The position numbers and the translations under genes were made by a program. 64,000 nt of DNA, from the NCBI GenBank assembly GCA_003151795.1, contig PLYL01000008.1:3103-67102 (forward strand), in the 5' to 3' direction. Origin of the DNA: Candidatus Yanofskybacteria bacterium (GTDB lineage Bacteria; Patescibacteriota; Minisyncoccia; 2-02-FULL-40-12; GWA2-44-9). The notes under the pieces were generated by a model. The model was not told the DNA's origin. It saw nothing but the letters and a program-made list of their open reading frames with translations, and searched no databases. This document shows positions 19,501 through 27,252 of this stretch, one piece after another (position 1 is the first letter of the stretch; each line of letters opens with the position of its first letter).

Positions 19501-19933
19501 ATACAAAGTGCAAAAAGGAACCAAGATTCAATACGCATACAACGACGCGGAGAAAGATAAGGTGCTCGATATGTATCGAAAGGAAGCAGGCGAGAAAGCC
19601 GTCACCAAACCGAAAAAAATAAAAACAGACGCCGGCTTTGAAGTAACGGATCTTGATGGCAATGGCGCGGAACCCTCTTTCGCTGAAGCTTCGGCGGGCG
19701 AGGAAAAAATCGCTGGTGTTTCTCTCCAGCGTTACAAAGGTCTTGGTGAAATGAATCCGGACCAGTTGTGGGAAACCACCCTCAATCCCGAGAACCGAGT
19801 CTTACTTCGTGTTGATGTGAAAGATGCCCAAGCGGCCGACAAGGTCTTTGATATTCTGATGGGCTCCGATGTCATGCCCCGCAAGAAATTTATCCAGACC
19901 CACGCCAAGTCAGTAGTTAATCTAGATATCTAG
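16532..19933 (+). CDS. gyrB: DNA gyrase subunit B, interrupted in-frame by an intein
   Basis: N-term GHKL ATPase motifs; EGDSAGG|C…HN|[26 protein letters not shown]; C-term [10 protein letters not shown]. Confidence 0.95.
   Translation: [1133 protein letters not shown]
17897..19192 (+). mobile_element. GyrB intein (~432 aa) with HNH homing-endonuclease-like core and repeated basic motifs
   Basis: starts Cys (tgt 17897), ends His-Asn (19187-19192), +1 Ser; internal '[29 protein letters not shown]' HNH motif; repeats PEYRAK.SQ..K..W.NKE. Confidence 0.85.
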
Positions 19934-20014
19934 CAGGTTGACAGTTGATAAGCCTTTTGGTACTCTGCGGGTACGCCCTCGGGCGGTTTTTAGATAGTTT
20001 TAGCTAATCATTTT

Positions 20015-20197
20015 ATGGCAAATATTCCGCAATTTTTCCGAGAAGTCCGCGTGGAGATGTCCAAGGTGGTGTGGCCGACTAGCCGACAGCTAGTGATTTA
20101 CACGCTCGTGGTCATTGTTTTGAGCGTGCTTTTGGCCGTATTTCTGGGCGCGCTCGATTTAGGATTCCAGACGATATTAACCAAGTACATATTGTAA
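20015..20197 (+). CDS. secE: preprotein translocase subunit SecE
   Basis: 60-aa single-TM protein immediately upstream of nusG; conserved position and sequence style. Confidence 0.75.
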   Translation: MANIPQFFREVRVEMSKVVWPTSRQLVIYTLVVIVLSVLLAVFLGALDLGFQTILTKYIL

Positions 20198-20209
20198 TAA
20201 ATCGGAGTC

Positions 20210-20276
20210 ATTTATCCGCCCGAGGCGGATGAGAAGTTTGCAACTACTCACTCCGTTCGCAGGCAAACATCACATG
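20210..20276 (+). repeat. 67-bp leader repeat copy 1 (palindrome ATCCGCCcGAGGCGGAT + conserved tail ending in ATG of nusG)
   Basis: 66/67 identical to 20823..20889. Confidence 0.85.
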
Positions 20277-20819
20277 CCCAAACAAGTTGAAACAGGACAA
20301 CGCAATTGGTTCGCGATTCATACCTATGCCGGGTATGAGGATAACGTCGCGCGCAATTTAACCCAGCGGATTGAGTCGCTCGGTTTTGAAAATAAGATTT
20401 TTAATGTTTTGGTCCCGAAAGAAAAAAAGATTCGCATCAAATCCGGCAAGCGCGAGACCATCGAAGAGAAGATTTATCCGGGCTACGTCTTGGTGGAAAT
20501 GATTGTCGACGATGCTTCGTGGTATGTCGTGCGCAACACGCCCAACGTCACCGGCTTCATCGGCGCCGGGACCGTGCCGACACCGCTCGCGCCAGGCGAA
20601 GTGGAAGTTTTGCTCAAGCGCATGGGCGTGGATGAGCCGAAATACAAGATTGACGTGGCGGCGGGCGACCGAGTCAAGATTACCGACGGGCCGTTCAAAG
20701 ATTTCGACGGCAAGATTGCCGAGATTGACCCCGAGAAAGGCCGTGTTAAAGTGCTGGTGACGATTTTCGGGCGCGAGACGCCAGTCGAATTAGACTTTTT
20801 ACAGATTAAAAAATTATAA
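20274..20819 (+). CDS. nusG: transcription termination/antitermination factor NusG
   Basis: NGN and KOW domain motifs; start at ATG 20274 (MPKQ…) rather than track 20229. Confidence 0.9.
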   Translation: MPKQVETGQRNWFAIHTYAGYEDNVARNLTQRIESLGFENKIFNVLVPKEKKIRIKSGKRETIEEKIYPGYVLVEMIVDDASWYVVRNTPNVTGFIGAGTVPTPLAPGEVEVLLKRMGVDEPKYKIDVAAGDRVKITDGPFKDFDGKIAEIDPEKGRVKVLVTIFGRETPVELDFLQIKKL

Positions 20820-20822
20820 ATA

Positions 20823-20889
20823 ATTTATCCGCCAGAGGCGGATGAGAAGTTTGCAACTACTCACTCCGTTCGCAGGCAAACATCACATG
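20823..20889 (+). repeat. 67-bp leader repeat copy 2 (ends in ATG of rplK)
   Basis: 66/67 identical to 20210..20276. Confidence 0.85.
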
Positions 20890-21306
20890 GCCAAGAAAAT
20901 CAAGACAATCGTAAAGTTACAGGTTATCGCCGGTGGTTTAGAGCCGTCAAAAATCGGGCAGGCTTTGGGGCCTCATGGTTTGAATCTCCAGCAGTTCATG
21001 TCGCAGGTCAACGAAGCGACCAAAGACAAAGCCGGCCAGCAGATTCCGGTCGAGATTACGATTTATGACGACCGGACGTTCTCATTTATTTTAAAGACTC
21101 CGCCGGCCGCTTATCTTTTGCACCGAGCTGCGGGGATTGAAAAGGGTTCGGGCGTGCCCAACAAGACTAAAGTCGGCACCGTGACCAAAGCCCAAGTTAA
21201 AGAAATTGCCGAACAAAAGATGGGCGACTTGAACGCCAACGATATCAATGCCGCCGCCAAGATTATCGAAGGCACCGCCCGCTCGATGGGCATCGACGTT
21301 AAGTAG
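20887..21306 (+). CDS. rplK: 50S ribosomal protein L11
   Basis: [17 protein letters not shown]… L11 N-terminus; start ATG 20887. Confidence 0.9.
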   Translation: MAKKIKTIVKLQVIAGGLEPSKIGQALGPHGLNLQQFMSQVNEATKDKAGQQIPVEITIYDDRTFSFILKTPPAAYLLHRAAGIEKGSGVPNKTKVGTVTKAQVKEIAEQKMGDLNANDINAAAKIIEGTARSMGIDVK

Positions 21307-21322
21307 ATTTTATCAAGAACTA

Positions 21323-21362
21323 CCAAATTAAAGCCCCGACTTGCGTCGGGGCTTTAATTTGG
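21323..21362. terminator. long perfect hairpin (ccaaattaaagccccgac/gtcggggctttaatttgg) after rplK
   Basis: 18-bp stem, loop ttgc; U-rich 3' arm. Confidence 0.55.
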
Positions 21363-21413
21363 TAGTATTCTCAAGGTTCGTTTATAACCTAATTTCACCG
21401 AGAGGTCAGCTTT

Positions 21414-22115
21414 ATGATTCCGAATCCGTATCCGGGAATTTTCATCGCCGTTGATGGTATCAATGGCTCCGGCAAAACGACCCAGGTTCAACTCTTGGAA
21501 AAATGGCTTCGGGAGCAGTATCCGACGCCAACGCTGGATTCTCACCATTCTGGCCGAGTCATCGAAGTTTTCAAGGAGCCGAACAAGGATGGCGAGTACG
21601 GCAAGCGAATCTACGAGGAATTGAACAAAGGTTTAGAAGGCTTGGCCATCAAGGATCCGATGAGCTTTCAAACTTGGTACGCTTGTGACAGCAAGGCCAA
21701 CCTGGAACTCAATGTGATTCCTCGGCTGAAGCTCGGCGGCATCGTCATTCTGGATCGTTTCCGTTCGTCTTTGGTGCATGGAGCTATTTCTGTCCATGAC
21801 ATTGATATACTGATGATGAAGAATCAGATCATCATTGGCGAACATTTCATCTTGCCGGATGCCTTGTTTATTATCGACACGCCAGTCGAAGCGGCCATGG
21901 AACGTCTAAAAGAGAAGGGCCGTGCGCTCGACGCTCAGGAAAACAGAGCCGATCAAGAGCGTACCGCCGGATATTTTCTGGCGTTTGCGGAGAAATATCC
22001 CAACTGTGTCGTCATCAAAGATGGTGGCGATTCGGCAAGCCTGAAATCCAAGCATCTGCAGATCAAGGCTCACGTTCAAAAGTTGCTGGAACAAAAACCT
22101 GCTCGTGGGATTTAG
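21414..22115 (+). CDS. tmk: thymidylate kinase
   Basis: P-loop IAVDGINGSGKTTQ; Tmk-like layout. Confidence 0.8.
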   Translation: MIPNPYPGIFIAVDGINGSGKTTQVQLLEKWLREQYPTPTLDSHHSGRVIEVFKEPNKDGEYGKRIYEELNKGLEGLAIKDPMSFQTWYACDSKANLELNVIPRLKLGGIVILDRFRSSLVHGAISVHDIDILMMKNQIIIGEHFILPDALFIIDTPVEAAMERLKEKGRALDAQENRADQERTAGYFLAFAEKYPNCVVIKDGGDSASLKSKHLQIKAHVQKLLEQKPARGI

Positions 22116-22126
22116 GGGAGGAATTT

Positions 22127-23056
22127 ATGTCTGAACACTCTGGCAGTGAACTACCGGCTCGAATTTTGAATGACCTTCAAACAAGTTTTCGACCAGTGAA
22201 CAAAGGCGCGGAGAAGTGGCTCTACCGGCCCATTCCATGCTTGAACCACGGCTTTGTTTATCTCGTCGACTACATGGGCAACGACGAAGCCATCGCCCAG
22301 GCGGCCCGAGTTTCCTACGGCACCGGCACCAAGAAAGCCCAGACCGACGCCGGCCTGATCCGCCATCTCTTACGGCATGCTCACACCACGCCGTTCGAAA
22401 TGGTCGAATTCAAGTTCCACTGCAAGATGCCGATTTTCGTGGCGCGTCAGTGGATTCGTCATCGCATGGCGAGTGTCAACGAATACTCCGGCCGGTATTC
22501 GGAGATGTTGGACGAGTTCTATCTGCCGGAGCCGGAAGTCATCAGAAAACAGTCGGTCAGCAATCGCCAGGGCCGAGGAGATGACCTCACTGTCGAACAG
22601 CAGAGAGAAGTGATCAGTATTCTCAAGGCCGAGTTCGCAAGCCAGTACGATGCGTACCAGAAATTGCTGCGCATGGACGTGGCCAAAGAACTGGCTCGCA
22701 TCGGCCTGTCGGTCGCGAACTATACCCAGTGGTACTGGAAGATTGATCTCCACAACCTCATGCATTTTTTGCGGTTGCGTCTCGACAGCCATGCCCAGCA
22801 CGAAATTCAGGTCTACGGCCAGGCCATGGCCCGAATCATCGAGAGCGCCGTCCCGATTGCCTACCAGGCTTTCTCGGACTACCGTCTGAATGCCATGTCT
22901 CTGACGGCACTGGATATCTCTTTTATCCAGTCAGGAGGCTGGCCACGGAGCGAGGAGCAGGTGTTGAAGGAACTGGCGGCACGATTCAGCAACAAACGGG
23001 AACGAGACGAGTGTCTCCAGAAACTCAAGCAACTTTCATTAGTCAGGAGAGAATAG
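22127..23056 (+). CDS. thyX: FAD-dependent thymidylate synthase ThyX
   Basis: ThyX motif [14 protein letters not shown]. Confidence 0.9.
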   Translation: MSEHSGSELPARILNDLQTSFRPVNKGAEKWLYRPIPCLNHGFVYLVDYMGNDEAIAQAARVSYGTGTKKAQTDAGLIRHLLRHAHTTPFEMVEFKFHCKMPIFVARQWIRHRMASVNEYSGRYSEMLDEFYLPEPEVIRKQSVSNRQGRGDDLTVEQQREVISILKAEFASQYDAYQKLLRMDVAKELARIGLSVANYTQWYWKIDLHNLMHFLRLRLDSHAQHEIQVYGQAMARIIESAVPIAYQAFSDYRLNAMSLTALDISFIQSGGWPRSEEQVLKELAARFSNKRERDECLQKLKQLSLVRRE

Positions 23057-23610
23057 TGTCCATCAAACCAGACAGTTGGATTCGGCGCATGGTTAAAGAA
23101 CATGCCATGATTGAGCCGTTCGTAGACGAACAGATGCGAGAGGGCGTCATCTCATACGGTGTCTCGTCATATGGCTACGATCTTCGGGTCGGTAGTAGCT
23201 TCAAGGTATTCACGAATGTGTACAATGTAGTCGTGGATCCGAAGCATTTCGACCCGAAGTCTCTCGTAGATTTTGAGACTGACGTTTGCATCATCCCGCC
23301 GAACTCCTTCGCGCTTGCCGGAAGTGTCGAGTATTTCCGGATTCCGCGGAACGTCCTGACAGTGTGTCTGGGGAAGTCTACCTATGCCCGCTGTGGGATC
23401 ATTGTGAATGTCACCCCGTTTGAACCGGAATGGGAAGGTCACGTTACTCTAGAAATCTCCAACACGACGCCTCTCCCTGCGAAAATCTACGCCAACGAAG
23501 GCCTCGCCCAGGTCTTGTTCTTTGAAAGTGACGAAGTTTGCGAAACTTCGTACAAAGACAAGAAGGGGAAGTATCAAGCCCAACGTGGCGTTACTCTGCC
23601 GAGGATCTAA
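23053..23610 (+). CDS. dcd: dCTP deaminase (start GTG 23053 overlapping thyX stop, or ATG 23098)
   Basis: SYGYDLRVG and downstream dUTPase-fold motifs. Confidence 0.8.
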   Translation: MVSIKPDSWIRRMVKEHAMIEPFVDEQMREGVISYGVSSYGYDLRVGSSFKVFTNVYNVVVDPKHFDPKSLVDFETDVCIIPPNSFALAGSVEYFRIPRNVLTVCLGKSTYARCGIIVNVTPFEPEWEGHVTLEISNTTPLPAKIYANEGLAQVLFFESDEVCETSYKDKKGKYQAQRGVTLPRI

Positions 23611-23636
23611 TCATTCTTGGCAGATCAGGTTATTAG

Positions 23637-23667
23637 GCCCCGGAAACGAATTCCGGGGCTTTTTTTA
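23637..23667 (+). terminator. rho-independent terminator
   Basis: gccccggaa/ttccggggc stem + ttttttt. Confidence 0.8.
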
Positions 23668-23695
23668 TCGAATAAATCGTGGTAAATTAAGCATT

Positions 23696-25198
23696 ATGAA
23701 ATACCAGCCGGTTGTCGGACTCGAAATTCACGCGGCGGTCAAAACCAAGACCAAGATGTTTTGTGATTCGCTGAATGATCCGGATGAGAAACGGCCGAAT
23801 TGGAATGTCTGCCCGATTTGCATGGGCCATCCGGGAACGATTCCAGTTATCAACGAAGAGGCGGTCAAGAAAGTTATTATGACGGGCTTGGCTTTGAATT
23901 GTTCCATTGCGCGCGATACTTTTTTCGAGCGCAAGAACTATTTTTATCCCGATTTGCCGAAGGGCTATCAGATTTCTCAATATCAAAAACCGTTGTGTTT
24001 CGGAGGCTACTTGGAAATTAAATCCGAAGCACGAAATCCTAAATCCGAAATAAATTCGAATATAAAAAATTCAAAAAGAATAAACATTACCCGAATTCAT
24101 CTAGAGGAAGACGCGGGCCGGCTCCAGCATGACCCATCGGGAGATTTCTCTTTGGTGGACTATAATCGGGCGAGTGTCCCGCTCATGGAACTCGTGACCG
24201 AGCCAGATTTTACTAACGGAGATGATGTGCGAGCGTTCGCGGAAGAGTATCAGCTGATTTTGAAATATATCGGCGCGTCGGATGCCGATATGGAAAAAGG
24301 TCTGATGCGGGTCGAGGTCAATATTTCTCTGACTAACGCTGACGGTTCCTACGGCACCAAAGTGGAAATTAAGAATCTCAATTCTATCGCCGCCGCCGCC
24401 GCATCGGTGGATTATGAAATGGCCCGGCAGAAAGAATTGATTGAAAGCGGGGGAGAAGTGGCGGCCGAGACACGCGGGTGGGACGAAAATAAAAAGGCGA
24501 CTTTCAGCCAGCGTTCCAAAGAGGAAGCCCATGACTATCGCTATTTTCCCGAACCGGATTTGCCGCCGTTGAAAATACAGGAATTACGAAGTAGGAATAA
24601 TGAATTAGGAGAAGAAAACCGAGGAGGATTTTATATTGATGAAATCCGAGCCATGTTACCTGAACTGCCACAGGCTAGACGTGAACGATTCAAGAAGCAA
24701 TATGGTTTACCAGATGCAGATGTTGAAATATTCACGACCGATAAGGAACTGGGAAATTACTTTGAGCATGTGGTATCGGAACTCGGCGATAACAGCCTCG
24801 CTAAATTGGCCGCCAACTATCTCATCACCGAAATCAGAAAACACGGCGGAGTGGTCGGAATCAAAATTACGCCCGCCGATTTCGCGGATTTTATTAAGCG
24901 CATCGCGAAGAAGGAAATCTCTTCCTCCGGCGCGCAAACGGTATTGGAAGAAATGTTCAAAACCGGCGCTTCGCCCGAACAAATCATTAAAGAAAAAGAT
25001 TTGGGCCAAGTTTCAGATGCCGGCGCCCTGGATGCGGTAGTAGATAAGGTCCTTGCCGATAATGCCAAAGCGGTAGAAGATTACAAGAAAGGCAAGGAAG
25101 CACCGTTGAAATTCCTAATCGGCATGGCCATGCGCGAAAGCAAGGGGAAGGGGAATCCCCAAGTTTTAGAAGAGATGATTAAACAAAAGCTCTTGTAA
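23696..25198 (+). CDS. gatB: Asp/Glu-tRNA(Asn/Gln) amidotransferase subunit B
   Basis: MKYQPVVGLEIHAAVKTKTKMFC… RIHLEEDAGRL; ATG 23696 (track 23522 is an upstream extension). Confidence 0.9.
   Translation: MKYQPVVGLEIHAAVKTKTKMFCDSLNDPDEKRPNWNVCPICMGHPGTIPVINEEAVKKVIMTGLALNCSIARDTFFERKNYFYPDLPKGYQISQYQKPLCFGGYLEIKSEARNPKSEINSNIKNSKRINITRIHLEEDAGRLQHDPSGDFSLVDYNRASVPLMELVTEPDFTNGDDVRAFAEEYQLILKYIGASDADMEKGLMRVEVNISLTNADGSYGTKVEIKNLNSIAAAAASVDYEMARQKELIESGGEVAAETRGWDENKKATFSQRSKEEAHDYRYFPEPDLPPLKIQELRSRNNELGEENRGGFYIDEIRAMLPELPQARRERFKKQYGLPDADVEIFTTDKELGNYFEHVVSELGDNSLAKLAANYLITEIRKHGGVVGIKITPADFADFIKRIAKKEISSSGAQTVLEEMFKTGASPEQIIKEKDLGQVSDAGALDAVVDKVLADNAKAVEDYKKGKEAPLKFLIGMAMRESKGKGNPQVLEEMIKQKLL
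24026..24085 (+). repeat. in-frame dispersed-repeat copy inside gatB (encodes SEARNPKSEINSNIKNSK)
   Basis: cgaaatcctaaatccgaaat resembles reverse complement of intergenic element at 34483..34546. Confidence 0.4.
24581..24614 (+). repeat. in-frame dispersed-repeat copy inside gatB (encodes ELRSRNNELGEE)
   Basis: gaattacgaagtaggaataatgaattaggagaag matches miaA copy and 55132..55174 arm. Confidence 0.5.
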
Positions 25199-26168
25199 GT
25201 TTCTCGGCGTTTTTCTCGGTTTTTAGCCAGCGGATTTCTTTGTTGCGTTTGAACCAGGTCATCTGGCGTTTGGAGTATTGAATTTCAGAAAGCGTAACTA
25301 ATTTTTTTGTTTCAGTTAAAGAGGTATTTCCCTTCAGGTATTCAAGGATGATTCGATAGCCTAATCCTAAATTATGAAGTCGTTGCCAAGAAATTCCGTT
25401 TGCGCGGAGTTTTTTAACTTCGGCAATCAGACCTTGTTTGAATCGGGCCGAGAGACGAGCGGAGATTCTTTGGTCAAGATTTTTAGGATTTAAACCGAGC
25501 CAAAGGACATCGTAAGGCGATTGTTTTTTAATTTGACCAACAGGCTGGCCGGTCGCGATAACAATCTCAATTGCGCGAATCAGGCGGCGGGGATTATGGC
25601 GGTCGATGTTTTGGGCTCTTTCTGGGTCGAGCTTTTGCAATCGAGCGAATAATTGTTCCGGAGTTTGTTTCTCGAGTTTCGTGCGGAGTTTATAGTTGGG
25701 CGGTACTTCCGGCAGAGAGAAGTTGTAGATAAGCGTATCAATGTATTGTCCCGTTCCGCCGACGATAATTGGTAGTTTGTTTCTTTTTAAAATATTTTTG
25801 ATAGCGCGCTGAGCGAGCTTTTGAAATTGGGCCACGCTAAAAATCCGTTTTGGATTAGCGACATCGATGAGATGATGTCTGATTCCGTTTGAGTAGTACT
25901 CATTCCTAATTCCTAATTCATAATTCCTACTTCTGTCTTTTGAGACTTTACCCGTGCCGATGTCCATTCTACGATATACTTGGCGCGAATCAGCGGAGAT
26001 AATCTCGCCATTGAATTTTCGGGCTAACTGAATCGCCAGGTCAGATTTTCCTGACGCAGTCGGGCCCACGATTACGATTATTTTAGGCTTGCCCAGTATA
26101 TCAACATCGACCCGCCTGCGGTTTTTGGAGACTGTCGAAGTTGTATTACTGGGTTTGATTTTGACCAT
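25179..26168 (-). CDS. miaA: tRNA dimethylallyltransferase
   Basis: P-loop GPTASGKS, …ISADSRQVYRRMDIGTGK. Confidence 0.9.
   Translation of the reverse strand: MVKIKPSNTTSTVSKNRRRVDVDILGKPKIIVIVGPTASGKSDLAIQLARKFNGEIISADSRQVYRRMDIGTGKVSKDRSRNYELGIRNEYYSNGIRHHLIDVANPKRIFSVAQFQKLAQRAIKNILKRNKLPIIVGGTGQYIDTLIYNFSLPEVPPNYKLRTKLEKQTPEQLFARLQKLDPERAQNIDRHNPRRLIRAIEIVIATGQPVGQIKKQSPYDVLWLGLNPKNLDQRISARLSARFKQGLIAEVKKLRANGISWQRLHNLGLGYRIILEYLKGNTSLTETKKLVTLSEIQYSKRQMTWFKRNKEIRWLKTEKNAEKLTRAFV
25902..25934. repeat. in-frame dispersed-repeat copy inside miaA (encodes RSRNYELGIRNEYY on - strand)
   Basis: attcctaattcctaattcataattcctacttctg. Confidence 0.5.
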
Positions 26169-26243
26169 GAAGTATGCGATAGTATACGCTCACATTGGTT
26201 CGTTGACAAGACTAAACATTCTTAGGCTCGACAAGGGGGACTT

Positions 26244-26813
26244 GTGGTTGTAAAAGCTCTGGATAAGCTTTTGTTTTTGACCCTCCTCTTCGTTGCCGGG
26301 CTTATCAGCATCTGCAACGTGGACTGGGTTCTCGCTCCCTTCATGGCCAGCCCCTTTTTTGGGGCTCATATTGGAGCAGTCTCGCTCAAGGAACGAGTAC
26401 TGATCGTGACCCTGGTGTCATTTATCGGTGCGAACTACGTCTATTGGTTCGCGAGATTTACCGACAGGCGCATTCGTGGATACGAAGAGAAGGGCCAGAC
26501 CTTAGCTGTGCTCGAATCTTCACCTCGCTGGCAGGACCAGAGAAGGGCAGCATTCATCCGCCGTCACCAAAAACTTGTTGCTCGCGATAACATCTGGGCG
26601 ATGAGGATGAGGAATTACGGTTGGCCGCTGGCGATGGGTGTCGGATTAGTTCCAGAGTTCATCACAATACCGTTCATGCGGACGACCCTAATCACTTTCT
26701 GTGCTATCTGGGAATCCCGTCAGGGGTTCGTGGTCTACTTGGCGGCCGAAGCGGCCAAGAACCTTACCTGGGGCACGCTGTGGGCCTGGCTGTGGATTAG
26801 ATTCTTTCACTAA
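26244..26813 (+). CDS. hypothetical membrane protein (GC-rich)
   Basis: ORF with several TM helices. Confidence 0.5.
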   Translation: MVVKALDKLLFLTLLFVAGLISICNVDWVLAPFMASPFFGAHIGAVSLKERVLIVTLVSFIGANYVYWFARFTDRRIRGYEEKGQTLAVLESSPRWQDQRRAAFIRRHQKLVARDNIWAMRMRNYGWPLAMGVGLVPEFITIPFMRTTLITFCAIWESRQGFVVYLAAEAAKNLTWGTLWAWLWIRFFH

Positions 26814-26830
26814 TGATTTGAGGAGGTGGT

Positions 26831-27199
26831 ATGACAGCCAGACATATGCAATCGTGTAAGTCGTGGGAAGATATTTTGGGAGGCGGACCGCGCGAAGAAC
26901 TCGGAAAAAGAATTGTGGCGAAGGCGCGAAATGCCGCTAACGTTGCGCGGGAACGCCAGCGTAAGAAAACGCCTCAACAACGCGACCCAAAAAAGGAAGC
27001 CTGGGCGGGTATTGTATGTGTTTCGGTGGAAGGACATTCTCTTGAGCAGGGAATGTGGCTCTTCGAACACATACGTGTTGCTACGGCAATCCTTAGAAAA
27101 GAAGGCTACATGGTCGAGCCGGACGCCTATCTTGAAGGGGAAGTCGAAAACCGGGTCTTCATTGCCGGCGTGAGATTCCTGCGGCTTGGGAAATTATGA
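26831..27199 (+). CDS. hypothetical protein (GC-rich)
   Basis: ORF with SD-like ggaggtggt upstream. Confidence 0.45.
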   Translation: MTARHMQSCKSWEDILGGGPREELGKRIVAKARNAANVARERQRKKTPQQRDPKKEAWAGIVCVSVEGHSLEQGMWLFEHIRVATAILRKEGYMVEPDAYLEGEVENRVFIAGVRFLRLGKL

Positions 27200-27218
27200 T
27201 CTGAAGCCGCGAATAACA

Positions 27219-27252
27219 GCGCGGGCCCGAGGGCCCGCGCAATTTATTTTTT
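27219..27252. terminator. bidirectional rho-independent terminator between 26831..27199 and thrS
   Basis: gcgcgggccc/gggcccgcgc palindrome + aatttatttttt. Confidence 0.75.

Noticed and set aside
20229-20276. N-terminal extensions '[16 protein letters not shown]' on NusG and L11 in the ORF track
   Set aside because: Identical because both derive from the 67-bp leader repeat; conserved NusG and L11 N-termini begin at the downstream ATG (MPKQ…, MAKK…).
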